DNA of 64,000 nt, taken from assembly GCF_009914755.1 (NCBI RefSeq), contig NC_060947.1, one strand, 5' to 3'. The notes under the pieces were generated by a model that saw nothing but the letters and a program-made list of their open reading frames with translations, searched no databases and was not told where the DNA came from. Of the stretch, positions 47,004-64,000 are shown piece after piece. The position numbers were made by a program, and so were the translations under genes. The number at the start of each line of letters is the position of its first letter. Position 1 is the first letter of the stretch. The DNA comes from the human T2T-CHM13v2.0 reference genome, Homo sapiens.

Positions 47004-47505
47004 TGTATTAGTTTTCTATTGCTGTGTAACAAATTATCACAAATTTAGTAGCTTAAAACAATACCCATTTATTATCTCACAGCTCTCTAGGTCATAAGAC
47101 CAAGCAGGTTCTCTACTTAAGGTTTCAAAAAGCCAAAATCAAGATGTTGGCCATGCTGGGCTCTCATCTGGAAGTTCAAGGGAAGAATCTACCTGCAAAC
47201 ATAAAACAGAATCTGCTTCCAAGTTCATTCAAGTTATTGACAGAAATGCAGTTCCATGAAGCTGTAAAACTGAACTCTCCATTTCCTTGATACAGTGATC
47301 CCCACTACCATCAAATAAACAATAGAGCATCAAATCCTTTTTGTGCTTTGAATCTCTGATGACCTCTTCTGGTACTAGCCAGAGAAAATTCTCTGCATTT
47401 AAAGGGTTCACCTGACTAGGTCAGTCCTATAATCTCCATATACTAAGGTTAACTGACTCATGACTTAAATTATATCTGGAAAATTAATTCCTTCAGAGCA
47501 GCACT
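47004..47505 (-). mobile_element. MLT1 (E/F-like) LTR; a related fragment lies at ~50776-51045
   Basis: tgtattagttttctattgctgtgtaacaaattatcacaaatttagtagcttaaaacaata..., typical MLT1 end. Confidence 0.75.
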
Positions 47506-48053
47506 CAGGTTAACATTTTAATTAATTTAAAATTGATTATATTATAATTGACAAAAATGGTACATATTCATGGTATACAACAGGATGTTTTGATAGATGT
47601 ATACATTGTGAAATGATTAAATCAAGGTAACTAACATATCTGTTACCTCACATACTTATCACTTACTTATCACTGGTGGGAACACAGTTATCCTAGCACC
47701 ATTTGTTGAAAAGACTGTTATTTGCACATTGAATTATCTTGGCACCTTTGTCAGCCATCAGCTGACCATAATATAAGGATTAATTTATGGACTCTCCATT
47801 ATATTTCTATCCTCATGTCAGTATCTCACTGTCTTGATTACTGTGAGTTATATATATAGTAAGTTTGAAAGATGGAAATGAAAATTCTCCCATTGGCTCC
47901 TTTTCAAAATTGGTTATTCTGGGTCCTTTGTATGTCCATATCCTGTACATATTTTAGGAGCAGTTTGCCAATTTCTACAAAAAAAAAAGGAATGCTTGCT
48001 AGGATCTTTACAGGGATTTTGCTTAATTTTTATTTTTTTATTTTCAGTTTTAG

Positions 48054-48230
<177 letters not shown>

Positions 48231-49615
48231 TGAAAACTGTCATCTTGGCAATATTGGGTCTTACAATTCATGAAGATGGAATTTCTCTCCATTTACGTAG
48301 ATCTCTTATTTCCCTGAGCAATGTTTTATAGATTTTGTGTATATCTACATTTTTTGCTAAATTTATTTCTAAGTATTTTATTCCGTCTGATGTTGCTGTG
48401 AATAGAACAGTCTCCCTAACCTCATTTTCACATTTTCACTGATAGTATATAGATACCTAATTTATTATATTTAACTTTTACCTTATATGCTTGATAAACT
48501 CACTTATTAGCCTAGATGCCTTTTTGTAGATTCCATCTGACTTTTTACATTAAAGATCGTCATCTGAAAAGAATGCTGGTTTTACTTCTTTCTTTCCAAC
48601 TTGAATGGCTTTTATTTCTTTCTTTTCTGATTGCACTGGTTTCGAATGTCCAGGACAGTGTTTAACACAAGTGGCAAGAGTAGACATCCTTGAGTTGTTT
48701 CCAGTCTTAGGAAGAAAGTGTTCACTTTCACCGGCGATGTTATGATGATGTTATGATGTGAGCTGTAGACTTTTCTCGTGCCCTTTATCAGTTTGAGAAA
48801 TTTACCTTCTATTCTGATTTTGTTGAGGATTTTTAAAAAATGTGGTGAAACATATGTAACATAAAATCTACCTTTTTAACTATTTATAAGTGTATAGTTC
48901 AGGGACATTAAGAACATTTACATTGTTGTGCAAGCATCACCACCATCCATCTCCAGAGTTTTTCATCTTCCCATACTGAAACTCTGTACCCACCAAACAG
49001 TAACTCTCCATTCCCTCTGCTCCCAGCTCCTGGAAACCACCATTCTACTTTCTGTCTCTATAAATTTGGCTACTCTAATTACCACATGTAAGTGGAATCC
49101 TTTTGTATTTTTTCTGATTCTATTTTATCTCCACTAAAAAAACAATATTTTTAGAGACAGGGTCTCACTACGTTGCCCAGGCTGGAGTACAGTTCACAGG
49201 CACAATCATAGTGTACTATAGCCTCAAACTCCTGGAGTCAAGCTATCCTCCTGCCTCAGCCTCACAGGCACGCATCACTGCGCCAGGCAAAATCTATTTT
49301 ATCTCCATCAAAAATGGAGATAGGCCGGGCACGTTGGCTCATGCCTGTAATCCCAGCACTTTCCAAGGCCCAGGTGGGCAGATCATTTGAGGTCAGGAGT
49401 TTGAGACCAGCCTGGCCAACATGTCGAAATCCCATCTCTACTAAAAATACAAAAATTACCCCGGCATGGTAGCGCACGCCTGTAGTCCCAGATACTCAGG
49501 AGGCTGAGGCACGAGAATCACTTGAACCCAGAGGGGAATAGGTTGCAGTGAGCTGAGATCGTGCCACTGCACTCCAGCCTGGGTGACAGAGCAAGACTCT
49601 GTCTCAAAAAAAAAA

Positions 49616-49647
<32 letters not shown>

Positions 49648-49959
49648 AGAAAAAGAAAAAGAAAAGAAAAAAAGGAGATAAAATAGAATAATAAAAAATA
49701 CTCAAATATGCAATACAAAAAAAAAAGGCAGGAAAAGAGAAAAGGAACACAACAGGTGGGGAAAATATAAAACAATCACAAAAATAATACATTTAAACTT
49801 AATCATAGGCTGGGCAAGGCTCACACCTATAATCCCAGCACTTTGGCAGGCGGAGGCAGAGGATTGCTTGAGCCCAGGAGTTCAAGACCAGCCTGGGCAA
49901 CAGAGCCAGACTCCATCCCTACAAAAAATTTAAAAATTAGCTGGGCATGGTGGCACTCA

Positions 49960-50136
<177 letters not shown>

Positions 50137-50347
50137 TTAAAATGGCCTAAATACTCCAATCAAAAGCAAAGATTATCAGCTTGGATAAAAAAGTAAAAAC
50201 CAACTATATACTATCTATAAGAAGCACACAGCCAAGTGCAATGGTTTACACCTGTAATCCCAGCAATTTGGGAAGCCAAGGTGGGCAGATCGCTTGAGCT
50301 CAGGAGTTGAGACCAGCCTGGCCAACGTGGTGAAACCCTGTATGTAC

Positions 50348-50378
<31 letters not shown>

Positions 50379-51469
50379 GAAAAGAAAAATTAGCCGGGCA
50401 TGGTGGGGTGCGCCTATAGTCCCAGCTACTTCGGGGGACAGAGGCAGAAGGATAGCTTGATTGCTGGAGTTCAAGGTTACAGTGAGCTATGATCATGCCA
50501 CTGCACTTAGCCTTGGTGACAAAGTGAAACCCTGTCAAAAAAAAAAGAAAGAAAGAAACAAATTTTAACATGAAGCCACAAATAGGGAAAAAGTAAAAAG
50601 CATGAAAAAAAGACATGTCATGTTAACACCAATCAAAAGAAAGCTCTAGGAGCTATATTAATATCAAAGTGGACTTCAGAGGAAAGAATATTACTAGAAA
50701 TAAAAATGGTTATTTTATAATGATAACATGATCGATTCATCAAGAGGACTTAATAATCTTAAATGTTTATGCATCTGTATTAGTTTTGTATTGCTGCATA
50801 ACAAATTCTCACAAGCTTAGCAACTTAAAACAACATATATTTATTATCTCTCAGTTTACATGGATCAGAAGTCTTGGAACAGCTTAGCTAAGTCCCCTGC
50901 TCATAATCTAAGGAGGCTGTAATCAAGGTATTAGCTGATAGCTTTGTTCTCCTGGGGAAACTCAACTAGGAAAGAATAATTTCCAGGCTCATTCCAGGCT
51001 CCCAGTTGGCAGATTTTACTTCCTTGTGACTATATGACTGAGGGTCATACCAACTCAACATATTGACCAACTTCACCTAATTGGCATTTATAGAACACTC
51101 CAACCAACCACAACAGAATATACATATTTTTCAAAAGCACATAGACCATTTACCAATATACGCCATACTTTGAGCCATAAAACAAGTCTCAATAGACTGT
51201 AAAGGATTCCAGTAATAAAAAGCATTTTCTCTAACCACAACTGAATTAAATTAAAAGTCAATAACAGAAAGACTTGTGGTAAATATTGAAATATTTGTAA
51301 ATTAAATAACATATTGCTAAACAACCCTTGGGTCAAGGAAGATATCAAATGGAAAAATTAAAAAGAATTTTGAGGCTAAGCACAGTGGCTCACACCTGTA
51401 ATCCTAGCACTTTGGGAGGCCAAGGCAGGTGGATCACTTGAGGCCAGGAGTTCAAGACCAGCCTGGTCA

Positions 51470-51763
<294 letters not shown>

Positions 51764-53152
51764 TTAGTGGTTGTTTATGGCTGGAGGTGGGGAGATGGGG
51801 GAGGGACAGCTAATTGGTACAGAGGTTCTTTTAGTGGGGACAAAATGTTCTAAAATTGATTTTGGTGATGGTTGCACAACCATGTGACTACATTTAAAAA
51901 CATTGTACACCTTAAATGAATGAAGTGTATGATATGTGAATTGTATTTCAACAAAACTGTTAAAAAAATTCTAAACAAAAATAAATTCTAAACAAAAGTT
52001 GAGCAAATCAAATTCAACAATATATAAAAAGGATGATATATCATGACCAAGTGGGGTTTATCCCAGGAATGTAAACTTGGTTCAACATTAGAAACCCAAT
52101 CAATGCAATTCACATATTAACAAACTAAAGAAGAAAAACCATGTGATCTCTCCATAGATACAAAAAGAGCATTTGACAATCCAAATGTATTCCTAATAAC
52201 TCTCCGCAAACTAGGAATAGAAAGAAAATTTCCTCAACCTGATATAGGACATTTACCAAAATAAAAAATCTATGGCTAAATCATACTTAATAGTGAAAGA
52301 CTGAATGCTTCTCCTAAGATGGGGAGCAAGACAGGGATGTCCACTCCGACCTCTCTATTTAAAACATTGTATGGTAGGTCCTAGTCAATGCAATCACATA
52401 AGGGGGAAAAAATGAATGCCATGAAGATTGTAAAGGAAAAAGTAAAACTTTTTTTTTTTGCAGATGACATGATTGTTTATGTAGAAAATTAGAAACTCCA
52501 AAATCTACTAGAACTAATAAGTGACCTCAGAAACATGACAGGATAAGAAATCAATATACAAACATTAATTTCATTTCTATATAATAACAGTGAACAACCG
52601 GAAATTGAAATATAAAAAGCAATGCGGTTTTGTGTGTGGTTTTTGTTTTGTTTTGTTTTGTTTTTTTGAGACACGGTCTCACTCTGTCCTGCAGACTAAA
52701 ACAAAATAAAACAAAACCACATTGATGAGGGTACTCCAAAGAGACACAGGATTCTGAATGGTATTTCTGTTAGGGAAAAAAAAGAGGGAGAGAGAGAGAC
52801 AAGAACCAACAGAAAGAGCTCTCAATGGTCAAAGTTGTTATAATTTCAGCAACAAAATTAAGTACTGTTGGATTACAGCAAAAAATATAAAATAAATGCC
52901 CATGAATGCATATTGGTATAAATAAATTACTGAATAAGTTAATAGATATGGGAGAAATAAATTTCACATGCAGAAGGATCCCAAATAATTTATGTAGGCA
53001 TTCAGCCCTCGAGGAGGGAGTCCATAACTCTCCACTTCTTGAGTGTAGGCTGTACATACTCGAAGAGTACAATAAGGAAAACAAGGGGAAAAAGAGTAGC
53101 TTTACAGTGAAAAACCTAACAAACGCTGCCTCAACCAGGTGATCAAGGACTC

Positions 53153-53540
53153 TGATATGGTTTGGCTCTGTGTCCCCACCCAAATCTCATCTCAAATTGT
53201 AATCCCCACATGTCAAGGGAGGGACCTGTAACCCCCACGTGTTGAGGGAGGGAGGTGATCGGATCATGGGGACAGTTTCCCCTATGCTGTTCTCTTGATA
53301 GTAGGTGGGTTTTCACAAGATCTGATGGTTTAAGTGTCTCACAGTTCCTCCTTCATATGCACTTCTCTCTCCTGCTGCCTTGTGAAGAAGGTTCTTGCTT
53401 CACCTTCACCTTCCACCATGATTCTGTTTCCTGAGGCCTCCCCAGCCATGCAGAACTGTGAGTCAATTAAACCTCTTTCCTTTATAAATTACCCAGTCTC
53501 ACGGAAGTTCTTTATAGCAATGTGAAAACAGACTAATACA
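53153..53540 (+). mobile_element. THE1D/MSTA-like MaLR solo LTR
   Basis: tgatatggtttggctctgtgtcccc...aaacagactaataca; 5-bp TSD gactc/gaccc. Confidence 0.9.
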
Positions 53541-55658
53541 GACCCCATCAACAGTGAGATGTCATGTCGACAATAGGAGCCTTTATTTTTTTCAGTATGT
53601 GCCTTTGATATGATGTGATGAGATGGCACTTTCTCCCATAACCCACAACCAAGTCTATGCGTGAGAAAACAGGCAAATCCCAATGAAAGGGCATCCTACA
53701 AAATACCTGACCAGCACTCTTCAAAACCATCAATGTTATTGAAAACAAGGAAGGTTTGAGAAAATATCACAACCAAATGGAGCCTAAGGAGACTAAATGT
53801 AATGTGATATCCTGGATAGAATTCTGGAATAGAAAAAAGGAGATTAGGTAAAAACTAGGAAAATCTGACTGACTTTGGTTAATAATAACGTATCAATACA
53901 TTATTATAATATTAGGAAATTAGATCCAGAAATATATAAAAATGATATCATGACCAACTAAGGTTTACCCCAGGAATGCAAAGTTAGCTTAACATTTAAA
54001 GAAATCAATCAATGTAATTGACCACTTTAACAGAATAAAGTTTTTAAAAGTATATATTCATTTTAATAAATGCAGAGAAAGCACTTGAAAAAATCCACAC
54101 CAGTTTATGATATTTTTAAAATTTTTAACAAACTAGAATTTAAAAAGAACTTCCTCAATCTGATAAAAAAAGAATCTATGAAAATCTTATAGCTAACATG
54201 ATATTCAGTGGTAAATTATTGAGGCTTCCCCCCAAAGAATGGGAACAAGGCAAGGATGTCTGCTTTTACCATTTCAATTCAACATTGTCTTGGACATCCT
54301 AACCAGTGCAATAAGGCAATAAAAAGAAATGAAAGCCATACAGATAAGAAAGGAAGAAATAAAACTGTCTGTATTCATAGATGACATGGATTTCCATGCA
54401 TGGAAAAAGCTGTTATAATTTCGGCAACGAAATTAAGTACTGTTGGATTACAGTACTTAATGCATGGAAAATCCTCAGGATCCTACAAAAACAAAATACC
54501 AGAATTAACTAGTGAATATAGTGATATCACAGGATACAAAGTCAATATACAAAAATTAATTGTATTCCTATATGCTAGCAAAAATTTTGGAAATGATATT
54601 TTACAAAATACCATTCACAATAGCATCAAAAATATGAAATGCCTAGGGACAAATTAAAGAAAGATGTGCATAATTTCTACATTGCAATCTACAAAACATA
54701 TAGAGAGAAATTAAAGAAGATTTAAGTAAGTAGAGAACTATACCACGTTCATGGATCAGAAGACTCAATATTAAGATGTAAATTAAGGCCAGGTGCAGTG
54801 GCTTATGCCTATAATCCTAGCACTTTGGGAGGCCAAGGCAGGCAGATCACTTGAGGCCAGGAGTACAAGACTAGCCTGGCCAACATGGTGAAACCCCGTC
54901 TCTACTAAAAATACAAAAATTAGCCAGGTGCAGTGGTGCATGCCTGTAATCCCAGCTACTTACGAGGCTGAGGCACAAGAATCACTTCAACCCAGGAGGC
55001 ACAGGTTGCAGTGAGCCGAGATTGGGCCACTGAACTCCAGCCTGTGACAGAGTGAAACTCTGTCTTATTAATAATAATTTTTAAAAAGGTGTCATTTCTC
55101 CTCAAGTGTATCTGTAGATTCAATCAATTTCAATCAAAATCCCAGTAGGTTGTTTTGATAAAAATTGACAACCTGGTTTCTACAATTTATGTGGAATAGA
55201 AAGGCATGGTGGCACACACCTATAATCCCAACTACTTGAGAGGCAGAGGTGAGAGGATCACTTGAGGCCAGGAGTTCGAGAACAGCCTGGGCAACATAGC
55301 AAGGCCTGCCCCATCTCAAAAAAAAAAAAAAAAAAAAAAAACCTGGCATAGTTATTGTGTAATAATAGACAAATAGATGAATGAAAGTGAATAGAGACAC
55401 TGTAAATAGACCCACATGTTTATAATGAATTTATATTCAACAAAGATGCCAAGGCAATTCAATGGGGAAGGATGGAGCAAATATAAATTGAAGAAATAAT
55501 AGCAAATGATTTCCCAAATTTGGTGAAAGACATTTATGTTTAGGGTCAAGAAGTAACTGAACTCGGCTGGATGCGGTGGCTCACACCTATAATCCCAGCA
55601 CTTTGGGAGGCTGAGGTGGGCGGATCACAAGGTCAGGAGATCGAGACCATCCTGGCTA

Positions 55659-55907
<249 letters not shown>

Positions 55908-56022
55908 CTAGGTGCATTATAGTCAAACTGCTGAATACCAACAATTAACAGAAAATCTTTAAAATACCCAGAGAAAAATGATATACTACATACCAGGGAA
56001 TGGTAATTTGAAAAACTGTTGA

Positions 56023-56253
<231 letters not shown>

Positions 56254-56397
56254 TGAATGTTCTTAATGCCACAGAACTTTACACTTAAAAATAATTAATT
56301 CTGGGCCAGGTGCAGTGGCTCACGCCTGTAATCCCAGCACTTTGGGAGGCCGAGGTGGGTGGATCACAAGGTCAGGAGTTCGAGACCAGCCTGACTA

Positions 56398-56598
<201 letters not shown>

Positions 56599-56708
56599 TT
56601 AATCCTGAGAAGATGCATTAGAATAAAAGGAAAAAACAAAAATGATAAAATGGTAAATTTTGTTTTGTACATTTTACCACAATTTTAAAAAAAGAAATTA
56701 TAGAGTTC

Positions 56709-56758
56709 AAAAGACAGTGGAACAGCATCTTTAAAAAGACAGTGGAACAGCATCTTTA
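56709..56758. repeat. Perfect 25-bp tandem duplication
   Basis: aaaagacagtggaacagcatcttta occurs twice in tandem. Confidence 0.9.
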
Positions 56759-56795
56759 AAATGCTGAAAGAAAGAAAGGACAACCATCAGGCTAA

Positions 56796-56936
<141 letters not shown>

Positions 56937-56939
56937 TGA

Positions 56940-57188
<249 letters not shown>

Positions 57189-57825
57189 TAAAATAGTATA
57201 GCCACTTTAGAAAACAGTCTGGCAGTTTCTCAAATGATCAAACATAGAATTACCATATGACCCAGCAATACTCAAAAGAATTGAAACAGAGACTTAGATG
57301 CTTGTACATGAATGTTTAGAGCAGCATTATTCGTAATATCCAAAAAGTGGAAACAACCCAAAAATTCCATCAATGGATGAATGGAGAAACCAATTGTAGT
57401 ATATCCAAACAATGGAATATTATTGGGCTATAAAAAGGAATGAAGTACCAATACATGCTATCATGTGGATAAACCTTGAACACTTCATGCTAAGTGAAAG
57501 AAGCCAGTCACAAAATACCACAGATTATACAATTCCATTCATATGAGATGTCCAAAAGAGGGAAATCTATAGAGACAAAGTAGACAAGTGCTTGCTTATG
57601 ATTGTGTTGAATGCGGGAATAAAGGAATGGGGAAATGGAGGAATAGCTAAAATATAAAGTTTCATTTAGAGGTGATGAAAATGCTCTAAAACTGACTATG
57701 GTGATGGTCACACTTATCTGTGATTGTACTAAAAACCATTGAATTGTACACTTAAACTGAGTAAATCATATGATATGTAAATCATATCGCAAGCTGTGGT
57801 TTTTTGTTTGTTAGTTTGTTTGTGA

Positions 57826-58417
<592 letters not shown>

Positions 58418-59066
58418 TAAAGTGTTGGGATTACAGGCATGAGCCACCACGCCCAGCCTCAAGCTGTTTTTTAAAAAAGAATGAAGGTGGAAAAAAAAAA
58501 GACATTTTCAGATAAAGAAAAACCAAAAGAATTCATCACTAACGGAGTACCTAAAGAAGTTTCTTAGGGTTGAAAATAAATTATACTAAGGAATGTCAAA
58601 TCTTCAGGAAAGAGGCCGGGTGCAGTGGCTCACGCCTGTAATCCCAGCACTTTGGGAGGCCGAGGCGGGTGGATCACGAGGTCAGGAGATCAAGACTATC
58701 CTGGCTAACACGGTGAAACCCCATCTCTACTAAAAATACAAAAAATTAGCCGGGCACAGTGGTGGGCACCTGTAGTCCCAGCTACTCGGGAGGCTGAGGC
58801 AGAGAATGGCGTGAACCCGGGAGGCGGAGCTTGCAGTTAGCGGAGATCGCGCCACTGCACTCTAACCTGGGTGATAAAGCAAAACTATCTCAAAAAAAAA
58901 AAAAATCTTCAGGAAGGAATCCTAAGAACATCAGAAATGATAAATAACTGGTTATTTTTATAATAATAACTAGGTTATTTTTTATAATAATTTTATCTAA
59001 TTAATATAAAACACTATTTTCCTCTTAATTTACTAAAAATACCTTAAATTTATTTTTAGTTTATAG

Positions 59067-59441
<375 letters not shown>

Positions 59442-61059
59442 TAAAGAATGGGTGGAGGGAGATACTTTAAAATTTGCTGTTGCTTTTATTTCTTCTTCTT
59501 TTTTTTTTTTTTTTTCCAGAGACAAGGTCTGGCTCTGTCACCCAAGCTGGAGTGCAGTAATGTCACTGTAGCTCACTGCAGCCTGAAACTCCTGGGTTCA
59601 AGCAATCCTCCTGCCTCAGCCTCCCAAGTAGCTAGGACTACAAGCGCACACCACGATGACCAGATAATTTTTAAATTTTTTGTAGAGACAGGGTCTTGCT
59701 ATGTTGCCCAGACTGGTCTTGAACTCCAGCCTAAAGGGATCCTCTACCCTCAGCCTCCCAAAGCATTAGAATTACAGGCATGAGCAACCATGCCCGCCCT
59801 ACTACTGCTTGTATAATCTGGGAATATGAAGATATTTTTCTCTCTAAGTTTAGGAACTGAAATAGCAAACCTGAATGAAATGTGTATGAGTTCTTAGATT
59901 AGAAATGACTGTGTGCCAAAATCTTTTGTGCCTAAGAATTAATGTTAATCAAATATTTCCTCATTATACACTGTACCGTATTGTTGATAATTATTGTGAG
60001 CAGTAGCATTTTCAGTTGGGAGGCCGAGGCAGGAGGATTGCTGGAGCCCTGGAGTTTGAGACCACCCTGGGCAACACAGCGAGATACGTATCTCTACAAA
60101 AAATAAAAATAAAATCAGCCATGCATGGTGGTATGTGCCTGTAGTCCCAGCTACTCAGGAGGCTGTGGTGAGAGAATCACCTGAGCCCGGGAGGTCAAGG
60201 TTGCAGTGAGCCATGATTGCACCACTGTACTCTTGCCTGAATGACAGAGTGAGACCCCGTCTAAAAAAAAAAAAAAATTACATATATATAACTTATCTCA
60301 GGTTAATGCTTTTGGTGATGTATGCTTATAATCAAATGCCCTATCTCTGACATCTTAACAATTTAATCAGGTAGAAGTCAGCAACTCTAAACTCAGTACA
60401 GAGAGGGACTGGGTGTCCACAGTGTCTAGCTCATTCCTAAAAGCCCTCCTTAGAAGTTTTTTTTTTTTTTTAAAGAATAGAGACAAGGGTCTCACTACGT
60501 TGCCCAGGCTGATCTTGAACTCCTGGGCTCAAGCAAACCTCTCACCTCAGCCTCCTAAAGTGCTAGGATCACAGCCGTGGGTCACCACACCTGGCCCTCA
60601 GAAGTTTTTGATAAGCTGGGCGTGCACCTTGTATCCCAGCCACTCTGAAGGCTGAGACAGGAGGATCCTGGGAGTTTGAGTCCAGCCTGGACAACATAGC
60701 AAGACCCTGGCTCAGTATAAAATATAAATTTTAGTCTGGGCATGGTGACTCATGCCTGTAATCCCAGCACTTTGGGAGGCCGAGGAGGGTGCATTGCGTG
60801 AGCCCATGAGTACGAAGCCAGTCTGGGCAATATAGGGAGACCCCGTCTCTACAAAAAAATTTAAAAATTAGCCGAGTGTGGTGGCATGTGCCTGTGGTTC
60901 CAGGTACTCAGGAGGCTGAGGTGGGAGGATCACTTGAGCCTGGGAGTTTGAGGCTGTGGTGAGCTATGATTGTGTCACCATACTCCAGCCTGGGTGACAG
61001 AGCAAGATCCTGTCTCCAAAAAAAAAGTAAAATTTTTTTAAATTATTAAAAATAAATAA

Positions 61060-61473
<414 letters not shown>

Positions 61474-61659
61474 TAAATACTGTTGCATATTAACTATTAT
61501 TAATTTGCATAGCTCTCTGTGAGCATAGGATATATCTGTTTAGCCAAATTTGTACAAATTACATAGATAAGCACCATTTTGCAGCTCAACCTTCAGAATC
61601 ATTTATTCTAAGCAGTAATATACTGACAAATGTTTAACAGACTGAGATAGGGGGAGGTA

Positions 61660-61815
61660 ATGCTGGCTTGTAGCATGCTGGTTTCCATTATGTAAATACT
61701 CCCACCAGGGCCAATTTCAAATCACCAATGTGAAGTCAACCGGCTCACAAAGTTCCTGAAATTCTAACAGTCAACTTTTGGGAGCTGGAATGAGCCGGCT
61801 CTAGTACTCCACTGA
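61660..61815. mobile_element. MER63-like hAT DNA transposon
   Basis: tgtaaatactcccaccagggccaatttcaa...gagccggctctagtactccactg resembles MER63. Confidence 0.5.
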
Positions 61816-61928
61816 CTCTATGCTCCTTGATTTACATCTTCTTAAGGTTTTGGGTAACAAATACAGGTGTAAGGAGAAACAAAAGCCGGCCGGGTATGGT
61901 GGCTCACGCCTGTAATCCCAGCACTTTA

Positions 61929-62288
<360 letters not shown>

Positions 62289-63352
62289 CTATCCATATAT
62301 TGAGAGACTATTCAGCAATAAGAAATGAAGTACTGATATATACCATAACATGGATGAATCTTGAAAAATTATGCTAACTCAAGCCAGTCACAAAATACTA
62401 CATATTTTATGATTCCATTCATACGAAGTCTCCAGAATAAAATCTATAGAGACAGAAAATAGATAAACAATTGCCTAGAGCTGGGAGGGGTAATGATGGG
62501 GAGTGATGGCTAAGGGATGCAAGGTTTCCTGTTGGGATGATGAAAAATGTTCTTAAAATTTACTGTGGTTGTGGTTGCACAACTCTAAATATACAAAAAG
62601 CCATAGAATTGTACACTTAAAAAAAAAAGGTTGGGTGCAGTGGTTCATGCCTATAATCCCAACACTTTGTGAGGCCAAGGCGGGAGGATCGCTTGAGCCC
62701 AGGAGTGTTAGATCAGGCTGGACAACAAACTGAGACTCCCGTGTCTACACATTTTTTTTAAAAAAATTAGCTGGACGTGGTGGCACTCGCCTGTGGTCCC
62801 AGCTACTTGGGAGATTGAGGTGGGAGCATCACTTGAGCCTGGGAGGTCAAGGCTACAGTGAGCTGTGATCTTGCCACTTGCCCTTCAGCCTGGGCAACAG
62901 AGCAAGACCCTGTCTCAAAATGAAATAAAATAAAAGAATAAACCATTGATTGGCTGGGTGAGGTGGCTCACGCCTGTAATCCTAGCACTTTAGGAGGCTG
63001 AGGTGGGTGAACTGCTTGAGTACAGAAGTTTGAGACAAGCCTGGGCAACATGGTGAAACCCTGTCTCTATTCAAAAATAAAAATAAAAAATATATACTAT
63101 TGATACAGACCTGAATAAATCTCCAGTGAAAAAACCCAATCCCGAGAAGTTGCATCCTGTATGATTCTATTTATATAACATTTTTGATGAAAAATTACAG
63201 AAATGGGGAACAGATGAGTGATTGCCAGGAGTGAAAGAGGAGGCAGGGGTGGGAGAGAAGTGGTTGTGCTACAAAAGGGCAACATGACTGATGCTCCTGG
63301 TGATGGAGTTTTCTGTACTTTGACTGTATCAATATCAATATCCTGGTTGTAA

Positions 63353-63627
<275 letters not shown>

Positions 63628-64000
63628 TGATTTGCCCGCCTCAGCCTCCCAAAGTGCTGGGATTACAGGCATAAGCCACCGCACCCAATCACTTACAGTT
63701 GTATGTGAATCTACAAATATCTCAAAATTAAAAGTTTAACCAAAAAATAAATAACACAATGGATGTAAAAGCACTCTAAATTCTATAATTGTGAGTAAAT
63801 TATTATTATGTATCTTATGATAACCATAGCATGGAACTATTATGACTTTATTAATTTATTGAAAGCACTTATTAAGTCCTTACTATGTTCAAGGACTAGG
63901 TTAGATGTTGCATGGCATACAAAGTTATAAACTTATGGTAAAATCATAACTGTTGTCATGTGCAAGTTTTGGCTAAGCCTGGGTCCTTTTTGTGAAATGT

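Noticed and set aside
53198-53254. ~29-bp internal tandem duplication in the THE1-like LTR
   Set aside because: Probably a subfamily variant of the LTR rather than a locus-specific feature.

Overview
Primate, almost certainly human, genomic DNA from the ZDHHC9 locus (Xq26 by established knowledge). The minus strand carries the 5' end of ZDHHC9: a CpG-island promoter, two non-coding exons and the first coding exon ([23 protein letters not shown]...), with a 26-codon uORF just ahead of the start codon. The ~55 kb upstream is very repeat-dense (about 60 Alus plus old L1, L2, MIR, MaLR and DNA-transposon fossils) and holds two heavily invaded retrocopies. The first is a 5'-truncated POLE3 (CHRAC17) processed pseudogene missed by the ORF track; an Alu and a full-length SVA sit at its 5' junction, and an Alu plus a near-full-length L1PA sit in its presumed 3'UTR. 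The second is a SALL4A-type processed pseudogene split by a MER41-family ERV transcript that looks L1-retrotransposed (no U5, A-tail, TSD, one intact GAS site), plus a MER50 LTR, an Alu monomer, MER30 and an L1MA fragment. No new protein-coding system is supported. The best leads are the uORF, the promoter Z-DNA/UPRE elements, the ERV retrocopy, the POLE3 retrocopy and a templated-insertion repair scar. Repeat subfamily names and protein comparisons are from memory, not from a search.
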